From Mantamonas sphyraenae STR306 (Eukaryota > Protista > CRuMs): a stretch of DNA of 64,000 bases. The position numbers and the translations under genes were made by a program. The DNA is taken from assembly GCA_026936335.1 (NCBI GenBank), contig JAPMXV010000030.1:1-64000 (forward strand), written 5' to 3'. The notes below the pieces were generated by a model. It had not been told where the DNA came from. It saw nothing but the letters and a program-made list of their open reading frames with translations, and ran no database searches. This document shows positions 11,209-22,291 of the stretch, in pieces (the stretch's first letter is position 1; each line of letters opens with the position of its first letter).

Positions 11209-12539
11209 AGCGACGCCACACTGTACACCCTCCTGCACACCCTCATCGACCGCATCACACCTCACATCACCACCCGTCCCATCACATACGACGCTGTCAA
11301 CACCCTCGAAATCCCCGAGCATGTTCTGCCCGAGACAACCAAGGAGGAGGAGTTGATGGCCGTGGAGGATGGACTGCCAGATGGCGTTGTGCGCAGTGGC
11401 TGGACGTCTTGGCGCAAGAGCGAGCGCATGCACAGCAACAAGAAGGAGCACACTGCACTGCTGAAGCACATGCACACCCTGGCCAACGAGCATCCCATCG
11501 ACGACATCCCCGACCTCATGACCCTGCAAGCGCGTGTTGTTGTCTGCCATGGTACCCTGTTGACGCTGATTAGACAGATCCTGCTCGCTCTGGGAAACAT
11601 TCATCTCTCCCAGGGCGACATGGCCTTCTTTCTCACCCTTTTCGGCCATGATGTGGATCAACAAGCGTGCAGCCGTGCCATCATCAACGCTGCTCTGGCC
11701 ATGGGTGTGACAAAGGCTGGGTTGAAGGTGTGCTGGCTGGAGGAGCCACATGACCACGGCGACCCCAACTACGCCCTCCTCCACCTGCTCATGACAGAGA
11801 TGGATGCCCTCGGCAACAGGCCCCATCCCACCACCTGGAAGAAACAAAAGCAGTCCCAATCGTGGCTGCAGAAAGCACGACGCCCTGCTGACAACAACAG
11901 CGACCCACACTGGACACAATGCGACTACGACCACCACCTCACCACCACGAACATGGAGAAGTGGCATCCTGAGTCTGTGCGCAGTGGCTGGATCGGTGCT
12001 GCATCAAGCGACGAGCGTGGGAGCTGTACCGCGCGGGAGTTCCAGACGCTGCTGGCACACATGAAGGCACGCGCAGCCAAGCAACCTCGACATCAGCACA
12101 CACACGAGAAACATGCTCTGCGTGAGCTGATCAACAGCGGCAGCCTGAGGTCCCTGCTGCGACACATCATCCTGGCGCTGGGCAACGTGGGCGTGCCGCC
12201 TGTCGAACTGGCCTTCTTTGTCCGTCTCCTCAGACCACGTCTCACCTGCAAGAAGGTGCAAAATGCCATCAGCCTCACCCTCACCCGCGGCGTCACCTCT
12301 CTCTCCCTCAAGATCGCCTGGCTCGACAAACCCAAACCCAGCGACGCCACACTTCACACCCTCCTCCACACCCTCATCGACCGCATCACACCCACATCAC
12401 CGCACGCCCGACCACCTCCGCACTCGTCAACGACTACCCCATCCCCTCCTTCACCCTGCCCAAGCGCAAAGACCCTTCCTCCTCCTCCTCCTCCTCCTCC
12501 TCCTCCTCCTCCTCCTCCAAACGCCAACGCCTCGAATGA
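11209..12539 (+). pseudogene. Subtelomeric family copy 3: 5'-truncated (starts in the end of a B module), with a 1-bp frameshift near 12391
   Basis: Homology to ~2708 onward begins at ~11209, just after an in-frame TGA at 11197. CCC replaces CCCC at ~12391, shifting the KRKDP(S)14KRQRLE end out of frame; this may be a homopolymer assembly error. Confidence 0.65.
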
Positions 12540-12657
12540 AACATCCAATATCTTCTCACTTGTTCCCTTCCCATTCACCCCACCCTCCATCACATCCGGG
12601 AGTGCCTCCCGGAATGCACCCGTCCGTGCGCTTTGCGCAAATGCACCCACCTCAACA

Positions 12658-13995
12658 TGAGCCAGAAAGAATCTCCAGAAAAATTGAAACGGCAGCGCTC
12701 TTCCACTCCCAACACGGAGGAAGACTCTACAGTGGATTCCACCGAGTCTGCCGATCTGAAGCGGATGCGCGTGGATTCGCCCCAGCCTTTGGATCCGGAG
12801 GGGTACGGCCTCTACGGCTCCCTCATGGATGCAGTGCGTAGCGGCAACCACCTTGTTGTCCAAAGTGCCAATGCAGACGCAGAGAACAAAGACGAGTTGC
12901 TCCCCGATGACGCCGATGCCGAGGTGAGCGATCAGCAACACGAGGACCCGCTCTCAAAAGAGTGGGAGACAGTCATGCAGCTCATTGTCGCGGCAGCGGA
13001 CAAGGTCGGTGGCAGCGAACACGGGTTTAATGTGCGTCAGCACGCAGTGCATGTGTATGTGCAGGTGTCGCGCAAGGAACATTTCGAGAAAATCCCCAAG
13101 CTTGTGGCGGCGACGTTTGCAGACCCAGTCCCCCCCCATCACCTGTGTTCAGACGTCGGTGCCGTCCAACATCTCTTTTTCTGTGGATGTGGAGCTCGAC
13201 AAACGCCGCGGGCAGGCTATGGAGGTGGTGACGCTTGGCGGAGTTTGCGGTGTCGGAACGAGCATTGACGCGCAGTGCGAGGCCGTTTGGGAAACCCTCA
13301 AGGGACAACTTGATGGCAATCTGGACCGCTGCGTGCGCCATGTTGTTCATGTGCGACGCCTCGCGTACGCAGATGTGCTCAAGGCGGCCTGGGCGAAGCG
13401 TGTCACGAACGGCGACATCAAGCCGCTTGTGGAGCCGCTGTGGGTGTGTGTGCAGGTTGGTGCGCTCCCAGACAATGCCAGTGTCCAAGTGCAAACGGTT
13501 GCCCTGGCTGCTTCCGTTGCAGCTGACCGAGTGCACCGAGAGGGCCCGGAATCCGCCGAGTCGACCGACGAGGACGGCAAGGACAACCTGGCCAACGCCG
13601 TGGTGTTGCGCACTGCAGGCGACGAGCCGAAGCTGCACACAGTGTGGTTCCACTTTGATGTGGGCGCGCCTTGCTACGACCAAGGGGACTCGATGGAGCA
13701 GAACTTGAGCGAGTGTCTCGGCGCTCTGCCTGTGAGTGCAGATGTGGACGAGAGTGCCATCTGCAGCGGCTACGTGTTTGCTTACTCGGACAACGAGACG
13801 CAAAGCGCAAGCGTGTGGGATGGAGTGGCACAGTGCCATCTTGGGATGAATTGGGTTGATGGAATCACCGACGACGACGCGGCAGCGTTCCTCTCCCAGG
13901 ACGACTTGTCACCCGTGAGCTATGTCCCCGTGGAAGCGGTGCCCGACGGGCGCCATCTTTCCGTGGACGCTGTGTGGTGGGGTCGAGGCATGTGA
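12658..13995 (+). CDS. Tandem YjgF/RidA-like domain protein (resembles the Dph6 C-terminal region), with an apparent frameshift in a C8 run
   Basis: VHVYVQV...FADPVPP|ITCVQ and VVHVRRL...WVCVQVGALPDNASVQVQ resemble Rid-fold motifs. The two ORFs join if one C is removed at 13130-13137. Confidence 0.55.
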
Positions 13996-14067
13996 AAAAA
14001 CTCACGTCGCCGTCGTTGTTGTCCACCACACCCAATTGAAAACTCCTGTATGATACCCTACACTCCA

Positions 14068-16209
14068 TTAAACCACCACACACGTCTCCTCCGAATCATC
14101 TTCCAGGTCTTCCACGCGTCTTCCACGCGGTTCGTGCGCCTGCCCCGCTGCTCTTGTCAGCCACGACAACACGCGCTCCAGGACCTCATCGGGCAACGTC
14201 ACCCATCCATCCCACCCATCCGTCACATATTCGTCGAATCCTCCGTCCATGGCAAACATTCTGGCCCGTTCGGTCGAATTCATCACCACCACAGTTTCGA
14301 CCACCTCGGCCACCCCGTGGTCCCACATCCAATGTACACCCATTGTCCACGGATGCCGCATGGCTCTCTCGCTTGCGCTTCTCCCGTCTCTAGGCAGCAC
14401 ATGAGCATCTGCGCCGTAGCTGCGCAGGACATCTACCAGCCCACTGTGCCCGCCGTCCACAGCGAGCGCCAACGCCGTGTTCTGTCCGTCTGCCCATGCA
14501 TCCACACACACACCCCACTCCAGCATTTCCAGGACGCCTTGAATGTCGCCAGAACGGGCTGCGTGCAGCATTTGTGAGGCCTTCTCTTTGTTTGCCGCAG
14601 ACAACAGCCCCATGCCCGTGCACTTCAAATCCCAGCAGGATCGATTTGTGTCCATCGCATCGAGCAGCTTCTTGACAGCCCCATCTGCGTTGTTTGGTGT
14701 GTCCAGCGACAGCACATGCAGGTGTGCATGCGGCCCTGCGAGCAACTCTGCAAACGCACGCGCGCCCTTCTGCCCCACCTCGCACCCTGTGAGCTGGAGC
14801 TCGATGAGAGACGTGTTCTCCGCCAGTGCCGTAGCCAATGCTACGGCACCTGCTGCTCCGATGCCGCTGTTGCGCAGCAGCAGCCGCTGGAGCTTTGTCG
14901 GTCCAGCGAGAAGCTCCGCAAGCGCACGTGCACCCTGGTCACCGACGTTATTGCCGCCAAGATCAAACACGCGCAGCGTTTGGTTCTCGCAAAGGGCGCT
15001 GGCGAAAGCCAGGGAGCCCTTGATGGCCACTCCTGCGCCTGAACATCTCAAATCGACGAGCGAATCACTGCACCGCAGGATCCTTGACAGCGCATGGGCG
15101 CCTTTGTCGCCCATTGGATTGGACGACACGTCGAGGTGACGCACAGAGGTGTTGCGCGCCATCCCTCCCGCCAGCGAGCGCGCACCGTCCGTGTTGATCA
15201 GACACGCCGCCATTTTCAAATGCTCCAGCGATCTTGCCCCGGGCAGTGCCTCGGCAATCGCCTGTGCGCCTTTGTCACCGAGTGGGTTGTGGCTCACGTC
15301 CATGTGCACGAGCGTACGCGTGGCGGCGACTAGAGAGGCGAGCCCGTGCGCGCCAACTGCGTCGATGTCATTTCCCTGCAGCATGAGCGTCTCCAAACGG
15401 TCGGCGGGCAGGGTTGCCATGAGCACGTAGCACACCTGGCTGCCCATGTGGCATCCTTCAAGGTTCAGCGAGCGTAGTGTCTGCAGCGACGGAAGCACCT
15501 CGGCCGCAGCCGCTCCAATCTCGATGTGGCTCAAGTCCAGCACGCAAAGGCATTGCATGGTGGCCAATGACTCGAGAACCACTGGCGTGGCCAGTTCCGA
15601 GAGGTCGTTTCGGCCAAGGTCGACGCTCAGAAGCGTCGGGTGGTTGCGCAAGGCCTCGAGCAGCAACACCATGGACTCGTCCTGCAAGTAGTTCTTTGAC
15701 AGTCCAAGATGCTGCAGCTGTGGTGCAGACGACAGTGCCACGCCGAGCGCTGCTGCTCGTGACGGAGAGATGCAAACGCCGCTCAGATTCAGCGCTGCCA
15801 GCGCCGTACTGCGTGACAGAGCTTCCCCAAGGCCATCCACATCGTCAATGTCCATGCGAGTGTCGCTCAAGTCGACGCTTGTCACGTTTGTGTGCATGGC
15901 TAGCCCGCTGAGCAACGCAGCTGTGGTGGCGCACGAGATCTTTGCTCGCCTCAGGTTCAAATGGGTCACCCTCGGGGCAGAGGACAAGGATTCACACAGC
16001 GTGGCGACTTGTGTGCCGTCCAGGGCGCATGTAGAGCAGTCCGCAGCCTGCAACGACGGACGGCACCGTGCGCGCAAGTGAGCGTGTCAACAGCGCACTT
16101 GTGATACAACCAGTCGTCCGCCACAACTCACATCACCGTCCTGAGAAAAGAGTGCTGCAAGCGCAGATACGTTGCTATCAAGTAGCAGCTCCTCGACAAC
16201 GCCGCGCAT
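14068..16209 (-). CDS. RI-like LRR + ankyrin + C-terminal F-box-like motif protein, paralog 2 (~17 LRRs)
   Basis: Exon 1 16209-16132, phase-0 intron 16131-16048 (GTGAGT...TTGCAG). LRRs, then TALALAVDGGHSGLVDVLRSYGA and WVTLPDEVLERVLSW. Confidence 0.88.
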
Positions 16210-16361
16210 TGCGCTGATTTTGTTGGCAAAGCTGGTCCAACCCCGTTTCGCCCCCCCTCAACCTAACATCACCAATCCAGCCCTTTGAGCAAGCGCACTG
16301 TTTGTTCCGCATCACTCCGTCGCACAATCCTGCGCAACGAGACGCATCAAACTCAACTCAC

Positions 16362-17704
16362 TTACTCGTTGTCCACACCACCGGAGTAGAAAAAGACCGA
16401 GCCGACCTGATCATCCTCGACCTTGGCGTATCCCTCGTGAGAGGAGAAGCCAGAGTTCTCGTCAGCCAGATCCGACCACGGCGACAGGACAGAGTCCTTG
16501 TGCTCAGCGTCGTAGAAGCGGAACAGCGGGTAGATGGAGGACGTGCCGGTCACCTCGGGGGCGTACACGTGCAGGCCCTCGTCGACGCCAGACCAGTGGT
16601 TGTAGTCGTCCAGGGTGCCGTTGCCGCTCTTCATGGCCACCTTGGTGGTGAGCAGGCTGTCCTTGTCGCCGTCGTGCCAGTATCGGATGAGCTCGTGGGT
16701 GCTGCCCTCCACTTCCTTGTCCAGGACGTAAAACTCGATCCAGTTGCGAGTGTACGAGCCGTCAAAGTTCTCGCCCGGAACAATCTGTTCGGTGCCCTCC
16801 ACAGAGTCCCAGTTCGTCTCGCCCCAGAAGCGGTAGACCGGCACGAGGTTGATGCCCGGCGGGAAGGCAAAGCCCTCCTGGCCGACGAGCTCGTAGTCGC
16901 CACCCTGGCCAGCCATGAAGCCACTGGAACCATCGGTAGCCACAGTCAGCACAGAGTCCTTGTTGCTCTCCGACCAGAAGCGGTTCAGCGGCAGCGAGCC
17001 GGGAACCTGGTGCTCAAAGATGTAGTACACATCTCCGACGTCCAGCAGAGTGTACGAGTCGTCCAGACCATCCCCCGGGGCAGAGTACGCGCTCCACACA
17101 GAGTCCTGGTTGTCGGCGCTGTAGTAGTGCTTCAGCTGCTTGGTACCACGCATCGGCACATCCACAACTTGGAACTGCACAAATCCCGTGTCAGTGCCCT
17201 CTTGCCCACCAGCCCACCACAAAACTCCCTGCGCGCCTACTTACGTCGTGCACATCCTCGACGCCCGGGTAGACGTTGGTGGCATCATCATGCAGTCCCT
17301 CACCAGGCTGTATCGTGTCGGATTGAGTGTGCAAGGACGGTGTCAGTGAAAAGGCTACGCGGAGGGTAGGCCGTTTTTTTGTGCGAACAGGGCGGAAAGT
17401 GCCGTCTGCTCGTACGCGATCGGCGTCGGCACGCAGCCGATGCCGAATACCGAAAAGGTTGCATGCAAAGCATGATGCGCATGGAAACTTACGCTCAAAT
17501 CCACGGTCTCAACGGTGTTCTGTAGTTGCGGTGCCGTTGTGGCGTGTCAGCGTATCGGGTCTACGCGAGAACGGAAAGTGTGTGGCCGCTGCGTCTCACG
17601 TCCGCACGTCGCCATTGCACCACCGCGTCGCGCATGCCTACCTTGAGGCCATCGTTCCAGTAGCGAGTGATCTGCTTAAGGTGAATTTCAGCGCAGCCAA
17701 CCAT
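16362..17704 (-). CDS. Protein of six ~48-aa repeats (xLxR[FY][WY]...DS[VL]L[TS]), DUF5648-like
   Basis: Four exons, all phase 0 with GT-AG introns: 17704-17642, 17519-17493 (27-nt microexon), 17307-17245, 17174-16362. Repeat cores QITRYWND, QLKHYYSA, PLNRFWSE, PVYRFWGE, ELIRYWHD, PLFRFYDA. Confidence 0.75.
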
Positions 17705-17744
17705 TTTTGCTGGTGTTGAGAGAAAAGGTTTTCAGGTGCGCGAG

Positions 17745-18170
17745 TCAGCGCGGGTCCACTACGACCATCCTACTGCATCTCCAAGCATCCTCGGTGTCAT
17801 TCAATCGAGCAATGGCCTCCGTGCACAGCGTGGCTTCACCCACTGTGCGCAAATGCTTTGCATGTGCACTCACTGCGCAAGCGCGCATCCACGTAGCCGT
17901 TAATGGAGCCCGACGACGCCACAGCGCCTTTCTGCCATTCCAGGTGACGCAAACCCACATGTAGCGCACGTGCGCCCATGTACATTGGCAACATAACCTA
18001 CCGGGTCGCCCAGATGGCTTTGACTCTTCCTCCTCGGCCTCTTGCTCGTCGCCCGCCTCCTCCTCATCTACCGCAGCCGGCTCCTCCACAGGCTCCTCGG
18101 CCGGCTCCTCCACAGGCTGCTGTGCCTCGACGTCGTTCGGCTTGCTCTCGCTAGATGTTCCGCATCCCAT
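17745..18170 (-). CDS. Small acidic protein with N-terminal myristoylation/palmitoylation signal (MGCGTS); 3' exon structure uncertain
   Basis: ATG 18170, MGCGTSS followed by a Glu-rich tract; probable splice donor GTAGGT at 18001. Confidence 0.5.
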   Translation of the reverse strand: MGCGTSSESKPNDVEAQQPVEEPAEEPVEEPAAVDEEEAGDEQEAEEEESKPSGRPGRLCCQCTWAHVRYMWVCVTWNGRKALWRRRAPLTATWMRACAVSAHAKHLRTVGEATLCTEAIARLNDTEDAWRCSRMVVVDPR

Positions 18171-18378
18171 GATTGAAGATCTGTTTGCGCTCGAGATTCG
18201 TTGCGTGCCAGGGAGGGAAAGACAGGTTTGCAGCAACACCTCATCAATCCAACTGCCTTCCAACCCGCCGTCTCCTCGCATAGGGTACACAATGCTCCCA
18301 ACCTATCCAACGCGCCACCCCTTTGCAACCTCGTCACTCCGGCCTCACCAGCCCAACCCCTCGCCTGCGCTTGCCAAC

Positions 18379-20977
18379 ATGCCTGCTGCACGCAGTGTGG
18401 TCTTGCTGGTCGTTGTCGTTGTTGTTGTGGCGGTGCTCACCTTTTCAGAGGTGATCTTTATGGAAACAAAGCAGCCTGGAGGTCATGCCCGGCTCTCCGA
18501 TGAGCTCGGCCGCCCAGCTTCTTCGGGGAACCGGAAAGGCTCCCACTCTCCCACAGACGCAAATCCAAACTCCAGCCCCACCCCCGACCCACAATCTGAC
18601 ACATCATCCACCCAAGGTATGTCCCCTATTTCCTAGGCCTTCCTGTCCCCTGCCCCCCGGCCACCCGGTTGATCCTCCCCACCACCAAAAATAGCAAGTC
18701 CCCCCGGGACACCGCACCGCAGTCGGCACACGCACATCCTTGCTCGCTCCAGCTTCAATTGAATTGAAAACGGCGTGCACGCATCCGCCCGCTCGTCCTC
18801 GACCTCATCCGCAACACACATGCCTTGCTAGGAGCCGTGAAAGTCTACGCCGCGCCTCCCACTCACCCCCCCCCCCCCCCCTGCCAGATTGGGAATGGCA
18901 ATACGACCACACAATCTCGAGACCAGATCACATTCTCCGCAACACCGAGATGCCCGACGGCGTCAGAAAGATGATTGTCCTGCCGCACTGCGACGAGATG
19001 CAGTCCACCACCGAAACGCTGCCTTGCTCGTCCGCAGTCGCTGCCGAGGTGCGCCAGGGACCACATCGTCTCCTGCCCAAGGAGTACATGATGATGTACC
19101 GCTTCCTCGACAACTTTCCGTACGCCTACCGCACGTACCACCCGGAGGGAGGCGCAGAGGCCCTGCGCAGTGTGCTCACGGACGAGCACCGCGTCGCCGT
19201 CAACGCCGCAGAGATCGAAAAGAACTCTCCCTACTTTGGCCAGGTGCCCGAGGTGCCCGCCGTATTTGCCTCCCACTACCGCGACTTTCCCAACGCCTCC
19301 GAGACCTGGGAGGCTCTTGCTGCCGAGCTGGACAACATCAAGCCCGAGAGGCACCACAGTGTGATGCTCGGCGACGCACACCAGTGCACAGTCGAACACG
19401 GCAGGGCCATGCGAGCCCGCCTGCGCCGCATGGGCATCCCCATGCTGCCCAAAGACGTCAAGCCCGGCCCGTCGCGCGGCGAGTGCTTCGGCCTCGAGCA
19501 CGGCCGCGCCTGCTGGCTCCAAAACGTCTGCATGGACATGAATCCGTACAAGGGGCCCGGTGTCGAGGACTACGAGAGTCGCCGAACAGTCAAGATCTTT
19601 GGTCCCGACATTGACGTCGAGGCCAGAAAGGCCGACGCCGACGACCCCTATTGGAGCTCCGCCCAGCCCATCCGCGAGGTCGATACCGTCGCCGACGGGG
19701 TGTTTTCCATGCTTTGGTGGGGTGCCAAGCTGCAGCTCCGCGTCACAGACGAACCTGTGCCCGACGAAAACACCCCTGGCGTCCAGTGGATCGACTCCAT
19801 CGTCCTTGCACACCTGCCCTTCCACCTGGAAAACTACGGCCACGACCTTGTCGACAACATCCATCCCCTCTACCGTCTCCTCGCCGAGCTGGGCTACATC
19901 GTAGCCACAGACAGAGTCAAGTTTCCCGACCTGCCCGTCATGGGCATGGAGTTCCAGGAGACCTGGCGCAAGGTTGGCGGCCTGAAAAAGGTCCTGCGCT
20001 GGGTCCTCTCTCAGGATCTCGAAAACATCTGGGACTACACCAGCCAGCGCCTCTGCTTCAAGAAGCTCCTCGTCGGTTCCGGCGGCGAGTCCGGCTGGCG
20101 CAACGAACGCCAGTTTGGCAATGGCCGCTGGGCACCCCGCCACAGGAGACCCGGCTGCTTCAACAGCTTGGTGCGCGCCTACGTAAACAGCATGAAGGCC
20201 CAGGTGCCCGAGATCGAGCCTCTCCAGTTGCGCGACCAGGTCCCGCCCCTGCCTCTCCAGTTCCAGCAGGATCCCGAGAAGAAGTTTGTCATCACCGTCG
20301 TTCTGCGTCGCGGCAGCAGGAACTTTGAGAACGAGATTGCCTTGATGGCCGCTCTCCACAAGGCCTTTCCCGCCGACAAAGGCTACGACGTCATGGGCCT
20401 CGCCGCAGAGCGCTGGCCCATGGAAGCCCAGATGGTGCGCTTCAGCCAGACTCATCTCATGATTGCCTACGGCTCCTCCGCCATGCAAAACTACTTCTGG
20501 TTGCCCGAGGGCGCTGCCTTTATATCCGTCTACAATGTGTTTGAAGAGGTCACCCGCGACCTCTACGACATCATCGGCTTCTCTCTGGGCTTCTTCAACT
20601 TTACCATGATCATTCGCGACGGCGAGCGCCAGGTACCCATCCGCTTCCACGCCACCAGCGAGGAGCAGTTCCACCAGTGGCAGGCCGACGCCATGAGCAA
20701 GCCCGCAGACTACGGCCCGCAGATGCAGGCCCTCCACGCAGACTTCAAGGGCGTTTCCCTCAGGGTCGACATCGACCGCATGCTTGTTCTTGCCCAGGAG
20801 GCTGTCCGCACCGTCCTCAACGGCCAGCGCAGCACGGAATGGGTCGCCGACCCAAACGACCGCTCCCCCAGCGCAAAAATCAACCCAGAGGTGTGGTTTA
20901 CCCACCACGACCCAGACTGCAGAAAGGTGCCCATGTGCATGCTCAAGGGCGTCATGCCCACCCTCCTCAACTGTTGA
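18379..20977 (+). CDS. Type II membrane glycosyltransferase family 61 (DUF563)-like protein
   Basis: N-terminal TM (VVLLVVVVVVVAVL); in-frame intron 18617-18887. Motifs CWLQNVC, NYGHDLVD, RRGSRNFENE, QMVRFSQTHLMIAYGSSAMQNYFWLPEG. Confidence 0.75.
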
Positions 20978-20995
20978 ACAAAACCTACGCGGTGT

Positions 20996-22160
20996 TCATT
21001 GCACTGCACTGCCCATCCAACCCAACACCCTCTCCATCACCTCATCTGGCACCGTCCACCACTCACAACTCGCCTCATACCCTTCCATCCCCCCCACACA
21101 CTCAAACATCACCTCCCTCTCCTCCCTGTTCATCGCCAACGCCACCTCCATCGCCTCGTCCACCTCCTCTCCACCCTTGAGCATCCAATGCCACTCCTTC
21201 CTCCATCCCTTCTCCCTCACCACCTCTTCTGTTTTGACTGTGCTCCTTGCCCCCCACGTGCGCAACACCTCCACCACCGCATCATGCTCTGCCCGCATCG
21301 CCCGTTCCAGCCCGCTCCTGCCGTCCGCGGTTGCATTGACTGCCACACCCCACCTCAGCGCCTCCTGCACCTTGTCCACGTCTCCTGTCTCGCACGCGAT
21401 CAGAAACTCTTGTTGCTGCACAAGGTTTCTCTCCAACGCTGCCTTTGCTGCCTCGCTCAGTTGCCACCCAGGCATCCGAGTGCAAACCCTGTTCTCTTCC
21501 AACGCCTTGTCCACAGCAGCTGTGCCCATCACCAAACCCGCCTTGGACATCACCGCCAGCACCTGCAGTGTCCGGTTCTTGGCCAGCGCCGCGGCAAACG
21601 CTTCCACCGCCCTGCTCCCAACCCGTGCCCCTTTCACGTACAGCGCCACCATCGACTCGTTTTCGCCCACTCCTTGTGCGACCGCCTCCATGCCTTCGTC
21701 ATCGAGGTCCTCCCCGAGCATGAGCGCCCACAGTGACCTGTTTCGTCCCAAAGCAGCTCCCACAGCTTTTGCCCCTTCCTCTCCGATGTCGTTCTGCGTC
21801 ATGTTCACGTTCTCCAGCATCTCGCTCTCTGTCAGCAGTTCTGCCACCGCACACGCCCCCTCCACCCCCAACCGCGTCCCTTGCACAAACAGCGAGCGGA
21901 TTTTCCTGTGTCCCTTCAGCGCCGCCCACAGCCGTCCAGGCTCGCCCATGCGCACTCCTCTCAAGTCCAGTTCCTGTGCCCCGACACGCCTTTTGTCAGG
22001 TCCCTCCACCCCCCTCAATCCCACGCCCAACCCTCTCCCTCTTCCCTACCGTTCCCTCTTCCGCCTCGATGGCAGCCATCACCTCCTCCACCTCCACCTC
22101 GTTCTCTTCGTCCAGCAGCCGTCTCCAAAGGTTCTTTCTCTCTTTGCTCTCTGTGCTCAT
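20996..22160 (-). CDS. RI-like LRR + ankyrin + C-terminal F-box-like motif protein, paralog 3 (~5 LRRs)
   Basis: Exon 1 22160-22050, phase-0 intron 22049-21974 (GTAGGG...CTGAC...GCACAG). C-terminus WWTVPDEVMERVLGW aligns with paralogs 1 and 2. Confidence 0.85.
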
Positions 22161-22291
22161 CCTTCTCACGAACCCCTCGCCACTGTCAGCCTCTGCCCCA
22201 CCCCCTCCGCCACTCCCCCTCCAAACTTCTCTCTCACCTTTCGCCGAGCTTCCACTGCGCCCCCCGCCGCAACCCCAACCCCTCCTCCACA

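Noticed and set aside
445-12539. Autonomous telomeric retrotransposon or DNA transposon call
   Set aside because: No RT, Gag zinc knuckle, transposase, poly(A) tail, TIR or TSD seen, and copy 1 has an intron; kept only as an analogy.
12385-13140. Programmed ribosomal frameshifts
   Set aside because: Both breaks are single-base changes in C homopolymers, typical of long-read errors; no slippery heptamer with downstream structure is evident.
18865-18881. Long poly-C run as a coding poly-Pro or regulatory element
   Set aside because: It lies in the polypyrimidine tract just before the predicted acceptor at 18887.
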